Source: Chloroflexota bacterium (GTDB lineage: Bacteria > Chloroflexota > UBA11872 > VXOZ01). From it: a stretch of 64,000 bases of DNA. Shown here one piece after another: positions 7,625 to 21,392 of this stretch (the stretch's first letter is position 1; each line of letters opens with the position of its first letter). The notes beneath the pieces were generated by a model. It was not told the DNA's origin, searched no databases, and was given only the letters and a program-made list of their open reading frames with translations. The position numbers and the translations under genes were made by a program. The stretch spans positions 320,001 through 384,000 of the forward strand of contig CAXXVD010000005.1 of NCBI GenBank assembly GCA_963662335.2. Reading direction: 5' to 3'.

Positions 7625-9655
7625 TCAACCGGCGGCCAGCGCGCGCCAGTGGCGCAGCACCTCGGCCACGCTCCACGCCTGGGCGTAGCAACCGCGCGGG
7701 GCGTGCGGCGCATCGCCGTCGAATACTTCGCTGATGGTACCCAAGGCCCCGCTTGTCAACTGCTCCGCAAAGCCGCTCAGCAACAGCCGGGCTGCGGCCT
7801 TATCGCCGCCGTAGCGCAGCAGCGCGTCCAGATAGGGCCCAACCAGCCAACCCCACACCGTGCCGTTATGGTAGCTGCCTTCCCGTTCCCAGAGCGAGCC
7901 GCCATAGCGCCCCCGGTACTGCGGGTCGCCGGGCGCCAGCGAGCGCAAGCCGGCCGGCGTGAGCAAGGTCTCGGCAACCACCGCCAGCACCTGCCGCGCC
8001 TTGTCCGCGGGCACCAGCGCGTGCGGCAGGCTGAGCGCGAAAAGCTGGTTCGGGCGCAGCGCCGGATCGTCGCCGCCTTCCGGGCCGTCTATCACGTCGT
8101 ACAAGTAGCCGCCTTCCGCGTACCAGAAGCGGCGCATGAAGTTTTCCTCGATAGCCTCCCGCCACTGGAACACGTCTGCGGCGTCCCCGCCGTCGGCCGG
8201 CGCGCCAATCGTCTCACGCCACCGTTCCAGCAGGCACAGCGCATTGTACCAGAGCGCCTGGATCTCCACCGGCTTGCCCATGCGCGGCGTGGGCAGCCAA
8301 TCGCCGGCTTTCACGTCCATCCAGGTCAGTTGCACGCCCGGTTCGCCGGCACAAACCAGGCCGTCTGCCGGGTCCACGTGGATGTTGTAGCGCGTGCCGT
8401 GGTAGTAGTGGTGGACGATGCTCTCGAGCGTAGGCAACAGTTCGCGCGGCAAGTCCTCGTCGCCGGTCGCTTCCACGTAGGCGTGGAGCGCCTGGAAGAA
8501 CCACAGGGTCGCGTCCACCGTGTTGTACTCCGGCTCCGCGCCCACGTCGGGGAAGCGGTTGGGAATCATGCCCTGGCTGGCGTACGCGCCAAAGGTGCGC
8601 AGCAGCCCGCGCGCCGCAGCCGGCCGGCCGGCAGCCAGCGCCAGGCCCGGCAGGCTAATCATCGTATCGCGGCCCCAATCGCCAAACCACGGGTACCCGG
8701 CGATGACCGTGAGCGACTTCTCGCCATCCGCCAACGTGCGCTCCACCAGGCATTGGTCGGCGGCAATTGCCAATTGCGCGCCCACCTGGTCGGCGCTGCG
8801 GTCGCTCCCGGCGCGCTTGACCAGCCTTCTTGTCCGGTCCCGCTCTCTGCGCAGAGCGCGGGCGGCGTCGCGCTCTACGTTCTCCGGGTCTTCCACGCTG
8901 GCAATCAGGCACGCGTGCCCGCCGGGCGCAAGTTCCACCGCGCAGTCCAGCGGATGATAGAGGTCTTCCAGATAGTCCAGGGCGCGCTCGCGCTCCACGC
9001 GGTAGACATAGTTCCAATACCACTCTTCTCGCGGCGCGAACGCGGCGGGCGGGCTGCAAAAGAGGTGGAGCGGCGGCTCCACAAGGTTAGTTGCGCCGGC
9101 GGCGCGCGCCACCGTGGCGGAAGTAGAGTCGTGCACGGTGACGGTGGGGCGCGCTTCGTCAGAGCCGCGGTTGAGCGCATGGAAGGCGCGCTGGGCGGTG
9201 AATAGCCGAATCGCCAGCGCCAGCGGCTCGCCGCCGCCGCGGTGGGTGTACGTGACGTAGGCGGTGTTCCGGCCATGCGCCAGCCACATCCGCTTCTCGA
9301 TCACGTTCGCGCCAACGCGATAGCGGAAAACCGGAATCTGACCGTCGAGGGCTACCGATTCCAGCGCGGTAAAGCCCTGGGGATGAATCACGCCGGGATC
9401 GAACTCATTGGCGCCGAGTTCGTAGGATTGACCGCCGGCCGTCACAACCTCGTCCACTTTCGCCAGCATGACCGCGCGCCCCAGCGGGGGCTCCAGCGCG
9501 GCGACCAGCAGGCCGTGGTAGCGGCGGGTGTTGATGCCGGTCACCGTTCCGCTGGCATAGCCGCCGATGCCGTTCGTCACCAGCCACTCGCGCTGAATCG
9601 CGGCGTCCAGGTCGTGGAGGAGAGCGGCGTCGAGCGAGACGATGGCTTTAGGCAC
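7625..9655 (-). CDS. Glycogen debranching enzyme, archaeal-type amylo-alpha-1,6-glucosidase
   Basis: REWLVTNGIGGYAS, TRRYHGLL, IAGYPWFGDWGRDTMI, QLTWMD, YHNGTVW, QAWSVAE. Confidence 0.93.
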   Translation of the reverse strand: MPKAIVSLDAALLHDLDAAIQREWLVTNGIGGYASGTVTGINTRRYHGLLVAALEPPLGRAVMLAKVDEVVTAGGQSYELGANEFDPGVIHPQGFTALESVALDGQIPVFRYRVGANVIEKRMWLAHGRNTAYVTYTHRGGGEPLALAIRLFTAQRAFHALNRGSDEARPTVTVHDSTSATVARAAGATNLVEPPLHLFCSPPAAFAPREEWYWNYVYRVERERALDYLEDLYHPLDCAVELAPGGHACLIASVEDPENVERDAARALRRERDRTRRLVKRAGSDRSADQVGAQLAIAADQCLVERTLADGEKSLTVIAGYPWFGDWGRDTMISLPGLALAAGRPAAARGLLRTFGAYASQGMIPNRFPDVGAEPEYNTVDATLWFFQALHAYVEATGDEDLPRELLPTLESIVHHYYHGTRYNIHVDPADGLVCAGEPGVQLTWMDVKAGDWLPTPRMGKPVEIQALWYNALCLLERWRETIGAPADGGDAADVFQWREAIEENFMRRFWYAEGGYLYDVIDGPEGGDDPALRPNQLFALSLPHALVPADKARQVLAVVAETLLTPAGLRSLAPGDPQYRGRYGGSLWEREGSYHNGTVWGWLVGPYLDALLRYGGDKAAARLLLSGFAEQLTSGALGTISEVFDGDAPHAPRGCYAQAWSVAEVLRHWRALAAG

Positions 9656-9736
9656 GGGGATTACACTTCGCGAACTGTAGCGTCAACCGGTCGGTGCCCT
9701 GGATATCCCAGCAGAGGCTTTGACGAGCGCGCGGCT

Positions 9737-9812
9737 TGGTGCCGAGAGCCGGAGTCGAACCGGCGACACCAGGATTTTCAGTCCTGTGCTCTACCAACTG
9801 AGCTATCTCGGC
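9737..9812 (-). tRNA. tRNA-Phe (GAA)
   Basis: GCCGAGATAGCTCAGTTGGTAGAGC...CTGAAAA...GGTTCGACTCC...CACCA cloverleaf with encoded CCA. Confidence 0.97.
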
Positions 9813-9819
9813 AGCAGGC

Positions 9820-9896
9820 TGGTGGGCGATGCAGGACTCGAACCTGCGGCCTCTACTTTGTAAGAGTAGCGCTCTAACCAGCTGAGCTAATCACCC
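9820..9896 (-). tRNA. tRNA-Val (TAC)
   Basis: GGGTGATTAGCTCAGCTGGTTAGAGC-CTACT CTTACAA AGTAG-...GGTTCGAGTCC...CACCA. Confidence 0.97.
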
Positions 9897-9906
9897 ACGC
9901 TTTCCG

Positions 9907-9935
9907 ATTGTATCACCGCCCCGCGCCAGATTCAA
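9907..9935 (-). promoter_or_regulatory. sigma70 promoter of the tRNA Val-Phe pair
   Basis: TTGAAT-N17-TACAAT with extended TG, 10 nt upstream of tRNA-Val. Confidence 0.7.
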
Positions 9936-10113
9936 CTATGTTTCTTTGTCAAGCATATCAATGCGCTGCCCAGCCGTGCCGCAGCCAGGTTCTCCGCGCG
10001 CCGCCAGTCGCATGACAGCGCGGCGTTGGGTCGCTGCGACAGAGTCTGCCGAACGCCCCGCGCTACGCCCGCGACGACCCTCGCCGCCGCGCGGACTTTT
10101 GCCGTTTCTCTCC

Positions 10114-10142
10114 TTGACGCGCCGCATTCGCTCCGCTATCAT
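10114..10142 (+). promoter_or_regulatory. sigma70 promoter upstream of gltB
   Basis: TTGACG-N17-TATCAT; a second candidate TTGCAG-N18-TACAAT follows. Confidence 0.6.
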
Positions 10143-10308
10143 TCAACCACACTTGTTGCAGTGTGAAGCGCGGAGCGCGTACAATGAGGTATGAGGAACT
10201 CCTGAATGGAGTCCCTCGTTTTCATATTTAAGGGACGTGCCTCACATTTTGCAGAACGCGGCAAACAGCGCGGCGGCGCCTGCGGTCACCCGGAGAACAT
10301 CATGAGAA

Positions 10309-14865
<4,557 letters not shown>

Positions 14866-15207
14866 AATGGGCGCATCGCCCCGGCAAACGCAACCCCGGC
14901 CCACACGGCGCCTCCGCTCCCGGTAAGCGCCTGTCGCAGGCACGTTCGCCAGGCGGCGTGTGCGGCAGCTTCCCTGCGCCGCGCGGCTTGCGCTACCGCC
15001 GTTCGACCACCCTGAGCGGCGGCGAGCCGCGCCGCGAGCGTTTCCGCTCCGCACGGCCCGCCGCGTGGCCGGCTCCCACGTCCTTTAGCAGGTCGAGCGT
15101 ATATATGCTACAATACCAGCGGCATCCGCGCCCTTGCCGCGCAATATGAAGAGGCTGCGCTGCGCGCGCCGGCATCGAACGAACCGAAAACGTGAGGCTG
15201 TACGCAG

Positions 15208-16404
15208 ATGGAAGCGATTGAGTACCGCGAGATGCAGCCGGACGACGTCCCCCAGGCGTTAGCGCTCCGCAACGAGGTGTTTTCCGAGGCGCTGGTAACC
15301 CAGGAAGACTGGGAACGAGACGAAATGCTGGCGGCGATCGCGGTGCTCGAGGGTGAGGTGGTAGGGGCAATTCCGCTGGCGCTCCGGGAGGTGGTCATCG
15401 CCCCGGGCGTGACGATCACGGCGGCCTTCGAGAACTCGGTGGGCACCCGTGAGGAACTCCGCAGCCAAGGCATCGGCAGGAACATGATCGCCACGGCGCG
15501 TGAATTCTTGCCTGAACGCGCCGATGCGCTCTTCGTCTATCGCGGCGACGAACGCAGCGACGGCTACCGTTTCTATGCCACCACCAATCACTACGACCTG
15601 CTCTATTCCCGGCACTACCGCTTCGGCTCGCCGGAGACCGGCCACCTGCCGCCAGGCATCACGCTGGCGGGCAAAGAGTCGGTCTTTCTCAACATGGAAC
15701 GCCTGCAAGCCGTCTTCAATAGCACGTATGGGCGCCATGGCGGCTACCCGCAACGCGGCGAGGACTATTGGCAACGGGCGCTCTCCTCTTCCATCTACGC
15801 GGAGTTCCCCACCGACTTTTCGTTCGTTCACATCATCCAGAGCGAAGAACTGCTCGGCTACGCAATCTGCGGCGTGCGGTCCACGCGGCACAACAGCACG
15901 GCGTACATTATGGAAATGGCGACGCTGGGCGCGGACCTGAGCATTGGACAACGCATTCTCACCGGCGTTGCGAGTGTGGCCGCCGAGCGCAAACTCGGCG
16001 TGGACATCCAGGTGTCCGATGCCGACCCGTTTCTGCCCTTGCTCCAATCCTACGGCTTCGCGCCCGAACCGCGCGGCACGATCATCATGGCGCAAGTCAT
16101 CGACGTGCCCAGCTTCTTCGAAAAGCACTGGCAGCAGCGCTTCGACCTCTATAACACCGCTCTGGTCGTGCGCACGCCGCAGGACGACTACCCCCTCATC
16201 GAGCCGGAAGTGCGCCAGTGCACGCTGACGTTGGAAATGAAGGAAGAGACGCTCCACCGCTGGCTGCTGGCGCGGCTCGATCTGCGCGCCCGCCTCGCCG
16301 AAGGCAGCGTGACCGCGTACGGCGCCAGCGACCAGGTGATCGAGCGCGTCTGCGAGGCGATTCCGTGCGCACCGTGGGCCTACCACTTCATCGACTGGAT
16401 CTAG
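15208..16404 (+). CDS. GNAT acetyltransferase, Eis-like (tandem GNAT plus SCP2-like C-terminus)
   Basis: VGTREELRSQGIG acetyl-CoA motif, second GNAT-like domain, about 400 aa. Confidence 0.7.
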   Translation: MEAIEYREMQPDDVPQALALRNEVFSEALVTQEDWERDEMLAAIAVLEGEVVGAIPLALREVVIAPGVTITAAFENSVGTREELRSQGIGRNMIATAREFLPERADALFVYRGDERSDGYRFYATTNHYDLLYSRHYRFGSPETGHLPPGITLAGKESVFLNMERLQAVFNSTYGRHGGYPQRGEDYWQRALSSSIYAEFPTDFSFVHIIQSEELLGYAICGVRSTRHNSTAYIMEMATLGADLSIGQRILTGVASVAAERKLGVDIQVSDADPFLPLLQSYGFAPEPRGTIIMAQVIDVPSFFEKHWQQRFDLYNTALVVRTPQDDYPLIEPEVRQCTLTLEMKEETLHRWLLARLDLRARLAEGSVTAYGASDQVIERVCEAIPCAPWAYHFIDWI

Positions 16405-16463
16405 CGCCTGGTCTCGGCCAGCGTGCTCGCACCGGCCTTTACCCGGTTTGGGCTTGGCTCGGC

Positions 16464-16487
16464 GTAGCGCGGGGGCTTGTCCCCCGC
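16464..16487 (+). repeat. GTAG-type REP (REP-C) GTAGCGCGGGGGCTTGTCCCCCGC
   Basis: Identical copies at 26406, 61254 and reverse copies at 53688-53837. Confidence 0.9.
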
Positions 16488-16649
16488 CTGAGCACACGGA
16501 ACACAGTCCGCTTCATTGGGGCTTGACCTCCACTGCTTGGCGCGGATTGCAAACATCGCCTCAGGCAAGACGCTTAGGGCCGGGGCAAAGCCGCGTCCAT
16601 AACGACCCCAACGCCTCCTGAGTTGACATTCGCCGAAAAAGGAAGTGCG

Positions 16650-17867
16650 ATGAATTCCGCCGTGAATTGGCACGAACATCCTGCCGTCGTCGTCTGGAGC
16701 GACGACTGGGGTATGAACGCTTGGGCGCCGACTGAGGAGGCGTACCACGCCACCCGCCACGAAGAACTCATGCGCACCCGCTGGTCGTCGGGCAGCCTCG
16801 AAACGCCGGCGGACCTGGAACGCACGTTTCACCTGTTGGAGTCTCACCACGGCGGCGACGGCCAACCCATCGTCTTCGAACCCTACTACATCGTCGGCGG
16901 CCCGGACTACGACGCCATTCACGCGAGCGCGTTCCGCCACTACGTGGACGTCGGCCTGGACCAGGGCGTTTCCCCAGGCTGGGAGCGTGGCGACATCGTG
17001 GGCAAAGCGCGTGAGGGCATGGAGCGCGGCGTCTGGGCGCCCCAGTATCATGGCCGCACCCACCACTTCAGCCACCATCGCTGGCTCGCGCGGCTGCGGG
17101 CCGGCGAGGCGCGGGCCCAACGCATGTTCGACCACCGCATGTACGTGTGCGAGACGGTGCGCGAGCGTGTGCCGGAGCACGAGGACATGCCGGAACCGGA
17201 GCGCAACGAGTGGGTGCGCGGCGCGCTTAGCTACTTCATTCGCGCTTTTGGCTACCCGCCCGCCAGTGTGCGCAACTCGGATGAGGCCGAGATTGCCTGG
17301 GCCGCGCACGGCATCGGCATCCGGGTGGGCGTCTCCAGCCGCACTGGCGAGGACCAGACCGGCAAACGCTCGCCGGTGGCCGCTCTCTGGTACGCGGGCG
17401 CGGCTATCAACTTCGAGCCGTTCATGACGGCAGACCAGGAGGACATCCTCGCCCGCGTCCGAGCGGAGACCGCCGCCGCGTGGCAGGCCAACCGGCCGGC
17501 GTTCATCAGCAGCCACCGCCGCAACTTCACCGCCTTCACCGACGACGTGGACAACAATTTCGCCGTGTGGGATTCTTACCTCTCTTGGCTGGAGTCCGCG
17601 CACCCCACGCACGTATTCCTCACCATGCCCGAGGTCCGCCAGCTTTGGGAGCACGGCACGTCGTCCCGCCGCTACGGCAAGACGCTCATCTTCCGCAATT
17701 GGACGGACACGCAACAAACCGTTACGTGTCCGGCGCGTCCCAACGAGGTCGTGTCAGACATCATCCACGCCGACGATGAGTCCGCGCTCTCGGTCTCGAG
17801 TGCCGGCGAAAAGCACATCCTGGTTGCGCCTCACGGGAACTACTGCCTGACCCTGGAAACGCGCTGA
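16650..17867 (+). CDS. Hypothetical protein, possible polysaccharide-deacetylase-like (NodB/GH57 barrel) metalloenzyme
   Basis: Long ORF with host-like codon usage; SDDWG, PQYHGRTH and SSHRRNF motifs; SD AAGGA. Confidence 0.5.
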   Translation: MNSAVNWHEHPAVVVWSDDWGMNAWAPTEEAYHATRHEELMRTRWSSGSLETPADLERTFHLLESHHGGDGQPIVFEPYYIVGGPDYDAIHASAFRHYVDVGLDQGVSPGWERGDIVGKAREGMERGVWAPQYHGRTHHFSHHRWLARLRAGEARAQRMFDHRMYVCETVRERVPEHEDMPEPERNEWVRGALSYFIRAFGYPPASVRNSDEAEIAWAAHGIGIRVGVSSRTGEDQTGKRSPVAALWYAGAAINFEPFMTADQEDILARVRAETAAAWQANRPAFISSHRRNFTAFTDDVDNNFAVWDSYLSWLESAHPTHVFLTMPEVRQLWEHGTSSRRYGKTLIFRNWTDTQQTVTCPARPNEVVSDIIHADDESALSVSSAGEKHILVAPHGNYCLTLETR

Positions 17868-17928
17868 TTTCACCTTGTTCGTACATGCTATACTGCAATC
17901 AGCGGACAGAAACGAACGAGGAAGCGAG

Positions 17929-18324
17929 ATGTCTTCGCCAAACGGCAGACAACAGCGGGTAGAGCGGCACGCCGCCACCAGCCTGCGCTTTATCAGCCAA
18001 TCCCAGGGAGAGTTCGAGAAGGAAGATTTGCTCCAGGCCTCGGAAAAGGCGTGGGGCGCGGCAGCGCACGCCATGAAAGCTGCCGCCGAGAGCCGGGGTT
18101 GGAAGCACGGCACGCATCGGCTGCTCTTCGACATTGCGGCGCGCATTGCGGACGAGACCGGAGACCCCGAATTCTACGATATATTCAGAGTGGCCAGCGC
18201 TATGCACCAGAATTTCTACGAGGGCTGGGAATCGGCCTATACCATTCAGAAGAGCATCGAACGCGTGCAGAGGCTGGTGGAGAAGATGGAGGCGCTACGC
18301 TTGCGCGGGAACGGGGGCGTGTAG
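17929..18324 (+). CDS. PaREP1-family (HEPN-like) protein, copy 1
   Basis: QASEKAWGAAAHAMKA...HRLL...ASAMHQNFYE signature; SD GAGG. Confidence 0.8.
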   Translation: MSSPNGRQQRVERHAATSLRFISQSQGEFEKEDLLQASEKAWGAAAHAMKAAAESRGWKHGTHRLLFDIAARIADETGDPEFYDIFRVASAMHQNFYEGWESAYTIQKSIERVQRLVEKMEALRLRGNGGV

Positions 18325-18368
18325 TGTCATTGTTGCTAATTGACGAACTGAATTGAGGCGAGGATGAA

Positions 18369-18764
18369 ATGATGTCGCCAAGCAGCAGGAATGGGCGCGT
18401 CGAGCGGCACGCCGCCATCAGCCTGAGGTTCATAGCCCAGTCCCAAGCTGAACTGGCTAAAGGGGACATGCTCCAGGCTTCGGAGAAAGCGTGGGTCTCG
18501 GCGGCGCACGCCATGAAAGCCGCCGCCGAGACCAGGGGTTGGAAGCACGGCACGCATAGATTGCTGTTCGACATTGCGGCCCGCATTGCGGACGAGACAG
18601 GAGATTCCGATCTGTTTGGACTCTTCAAGGAAGCAAGCGCCTTGCACCAGAACTTCTACGAGGGCTGGGAATCGGATTATACCGTGCAGAAGAGCATTGA
18701 ACGCGTAAAGAGGCTGGTGGAAAAGATGGAGGCGCTGAGCGTGCGCGGGAACGGCGGCGCGTAG
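18369..18764 (+). CDS. PaREP1-family (HEPN-like) protein, copy 2
   Basis: QASEKAW...ASALHQNFYE; 101/131 residues identical to copy 1 by manual count. Confidence 0.8.
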   Translation: MMSPSSRNGRVERHAAISLRFIAQSQAELAKGDMLQASEKAWVSAAHAMKAAAETRGWKHGTHRLLFDIAARIADETGDSDLFGLFKEASALHQNFYEGWESDYTVQKSIERVKRLVEKMEALSVRGNGGA

Positions 18765-18811
18765 AACTGAGCGGCACGCTCCAAAGTCATCCAAGAGAAG
18801 GGACCTCATCA

Positions 18812-20113
18812 GTGCAACGCATTTCCCGCTCCCAGCAGCTTTGGCAGCGCGCGCGCAAGCATCTTGCCGCCGGGGTGAGCAGCAACATCCGCTTGCAAGA
18901 ACGCCCCGCGCCGCTCTACTTCAGCCGCGGCCAGGGCTCCCATCTCTTCGACGTGGACGGCAATGAGTACATCGACTACGTGGCCGCCTACGGGCCGCTC
19001 ATTCTGGGCCATAGCCACCCCGAATTGGTAGAGGCCGTGCAGCGGCAGGTGGCGCTGGGCCAGACCTACGGCGGCCAGCACGAAATCGAAGTGGACGTAG
19101 CGGAGAAAATCTGCGACCTGGTTCCCGCCATGGACGTGGTGCGCTTCTGCGGCAGCGGCTCGGAGGCCAACCACGCGCTCTTCCGCCTGGCCCGCGCCTA
19201 CACCGGCCGCACGAAGATCGTGCGCTTCGAGGGCCACTACCACGGCTGGCTGGACGACCAGATCATCAGCGATCATCCGCATTCAGTGGAAGAAGCGGGA
19301 GAACTGCCCTTTCCGCAGCCGGTCCTCGGCAGCAAGGGGCAGCTTCCCCATGCGGCCGGCGAGACGCTGGTGCTGCCCTGGAACGACCTGGACACCTTTG
19401 CGGCCCTCATCGAGCGTGAAGGGCAGAACGTGGCCGCCGTGATCACCGAGCCGATCATGTGCAACGGCGGCTTCATCCTGCCCCAGCCGGGTTTCCTGGA
19501 AGGCCTGCGCGAGGTCTGCACCCGCGCGGAAATCCTGCTCATCTTCGACGAGGTCATCACGGGCTTTCGCGCCGGCCTCCACGGCGCGCAGGGACTGCTC
19601 GGCGTCACGCCGGACCTGGTCACGCTGGGCAAGGCCGTCGCCAACGGCTTTCCCCTGAGCGTCTTCGGCGGCCGCCGCGACATCATGGACCTTGTCGGCA
19701 GCGGCGTGATGCACGGCGGCACGTACAACGGCAATCCCATTACGCTGGCCGCCGCCAACGCCACTCTGGACGTGCTCGCCCGCGACGACGGCGCGGTCTA
19801 CGAGCAGATCCGCGCGATTGGCCGCAGCATGATGGACGGCATCCGGCAAGCGGCGGCGCAAGCGGGTCAATCGGTGTTGGTGCAAGGCATCGGCCCGGTC
19901 TTCTTTGCCTGGTTCACGGAGCGGCAGGAAATCGCCTCGTTCCGCCACAACTGGGACTGCGATGAGGGCAAGTACGCGGCCTTCCAAGGCAAGCTCATCG
20001 CTCACGGCGTGCGCGCCATCCCCTCGGGCCGCTGGTACGTCTCCGCGGCGCACACTGAAGAAGACGCGCGCCAAACGGTAGACGCGGTGGCAGAGGCGTT
20101 GCGGGAAGTGTAG
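18812..20113 (+). CDS. Class-III PLP aminotransferase, glutamate-1-semialdehyde 2,1-aminomutase-like
   Basis: DVDGNEYID, SGSEA, FEGHYHG, FDEVITGFR, TLGKAVANG; probably a catabolic paralog rather than true hemL. Confidence 0.88.
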   Translation: MQRISRSQQLWQRARKHLAAGVSSNIRLQERPAPLYFSRGQGSHLFDVDGNEYIDYVAAYGPLILGHSHPELVEAVQRQVALGQTYGGQHEIEVDVAEKICDLVPAMDVVRFCGSGSEANHALFRLARAYTGRTKIVRFEGHYHGWLDDQIISDHPHSVEEAGELPFPQPVLGSKGQLPHAAGETLVLPWNDLDTFAALIEREGQNVAAVITEPIMCNGGFILPQPGFLEGLREVCTRAEILLIFDEVITGFRAGLHGAQGLLGVTPDLVTLGKAVANGFPLSVFGGRRDIMDLVGSGVMHGGTYNGNPITLAAANATLDVLARDDGAVYEQIRAIGRSMMDGIRQAAAQAGQSVLVQGIGPVFFAWFTERQEIASFRHNWDCDEGKYAAFQGKLIAHGVRAIPSGRWYVSAAHTEEDARQTVDAVAEALREV

Positions 20114-20179
20114 CGCGTTCCCTAAATGCTCACTCTCGCACGCTCAACCGTCATCGCACTCAAGACAGTCGCGCCTATC

Positions 20180-20253
20180 CCGTCATTCCCACGAACGCGG
20201 GAATCCATCGGGAGGCCAACGAAGATAGATTCCCGCGTTCGCGGGAATGACGG
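20180..20253. repeat. Palindromic repeat with two ATTCCC-N8-GGGAAT (dRS3-like) units
   Basis: CCGTCATTCCCACGAACGCGGGAATC...GATTCCCGCGTTCGCGGGAATGACGG. Confidence 0.85.
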
Positions 20254-20316
20254 AGGCAGCGGCCACGCGGCGCGGCGACGTAGTCGAGACTAGAACCAAG
20301 AGAGGAGTGCATCACA

Positions 20317-21078
20317 ATGCCGGATCTACTTGTCGGCAAGAGCGCCATCGTAACCGGCGCCGCCAGCGGCATCGGCCAAGCCATTGCCCTCGCCTTCCTG
20401 CGCGAAGGCGCCAACGTGCTTGGGGCCGACCTCAACGAGGAAGGACTGGAAGAAACCGCCGGCCGCGCCGGCGCACATAGCCCCACGTTTCTCACGCACC
20501 GCTGCGACGTTACCCAGCGCGCCGACGTGGAAGCCACCGTCGCCCGCGCCGTAGCGGACTTTGGCAAACTCGACGTCATGGCCGCTATCGCCGGTATCGC
20601 CTTGGAGCACGACTTCGTGGACATCGAGGATGAAGATTGGCATCGGGTCGCCGCCGTCAACATGCACGGCGTCTATCTCTGCGACCAAGCCGCGGCGCGC
20701 CAGATGGTCGCGCAGGGAAACGGCGGCCGCATCATCAACATGTCATCGGTGAACGGCCTCATGGGCGAAGAGGAATTGGCCGCCTACAACACGTCCAAAG
20801 GCGCCGTCACCCTGCTCACGAAGAGCGCGGCCATCGATCTGGCCAAGCACGAGATCACCGTAAACTGCCTGGCCCCCGGCTACATCCGCACGCCGCTCAC
20901 TGACGAAAGCATCGCCGACGAGGCGTGGATCAACGAGTACCTGAAGCGCGTCCCCTTCCGCCGCGTAGGCGAGCCGGAGGAGGTAGCCGACTGCGCAGTC
21001 TTCCTGGCCAGCGACCTCAGCCGCTACGTCACCGGCCACGCGCTGGTAGTGGACGGCGGGCAAATCGCCGTAATCTAG
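20317..21078 (+). CDS. SDR-family oxidoreductase
   Basis: TGAASGIG, NMSS, YNTSK, APGYIRT. Confidence 0.93.
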   Translation: MPDLLVGKSAIVTGAASGIGQAIALAFLREGANVLGADLNEEGLEETAGRAGAHSPTFLTHRCDVTQRADVEATVARAVADFGKLDVMAAIAGIALEHDFVDIEDEDWHRVAAVNMHGVYLCDQAAARQMVAQGNGGRIINMSSVNGLMGEEELAAYNTSKGAVTLLTKSAAIDLAKHEITVNCLAPGYIRTPLTDESIADEAWINEYLKRVPFRRVGEPEEVADCAVFLASDLSRYVTGHALVVDGGQIAVI

Positions 21079-21107
21079 GCCATAGGCTGCGCAAGACATA
21101 CGGCTTT

Positions 21108-21218
21108 CATCAAGACAGACCAACATCCATTGAGAATTAGCTAACGTCCATCGAGAGTAAGCAGAATTGCATCAAGATGGAGCCATCCTCCATCAAGTTG
21201 GCGCCAACTTACGTCAAG
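21108..21218. repeat. Degenerate 21-bp-period array of CATCAAG-like cores (6 units)
   Basis: Cores at 21108, 21128, 21149, 21170, 21191, 21212. Confidence 0.7.
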
Positions 21219-21240
21219 TAAATGCCAGGAGATTGGAACC

Positions 21241-21337
21241 AATTCCGTTCGCCCTGAGCCTGTCGAAGGGTGAACGGAATTACTACGCCAACGATTCGCC
21301 AGCCGTCCGTACTTCGACAGGCTCAGCACGAACGGCT
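21241..21337. repeat. REP doublet (CCGTTCGCCCTGAGCCTGTCGAAGGG / CTTCGACAGGCTCAGCACGAACGG)
   Basis: Inverted pair, each unit also a hairpin; lies between convergent genes. Confidence 0.8.
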
Positions 21338-21392
21338 GGCTTTCTCCAAAACCGGCAACCGAGCAGTGCAGTCCAGCAACCGAACGGTTCCC

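Noticed and set aside
6641-9205. 854-aa plus-strand ORF (also 35709-37364, 54897-56798 and similar long ORFs)
   Set aside because: Antisense shadows of well-supported genes in high-GC DNA, with no recognisable motifs
9737-9896. tRNA-anchored genomic island (also at tRNA-Pro 62508-62581)
   Set aside because: No integrase and no duplicated tRNA 3' end seen in the window
17929-18764. Diversity-generating retroelement TR/VR pair (also considered for the solute-binding paralogs)
   Set aside because: Differences are not adenine-specific, many are synonymous, and no reverse transcriptase is present
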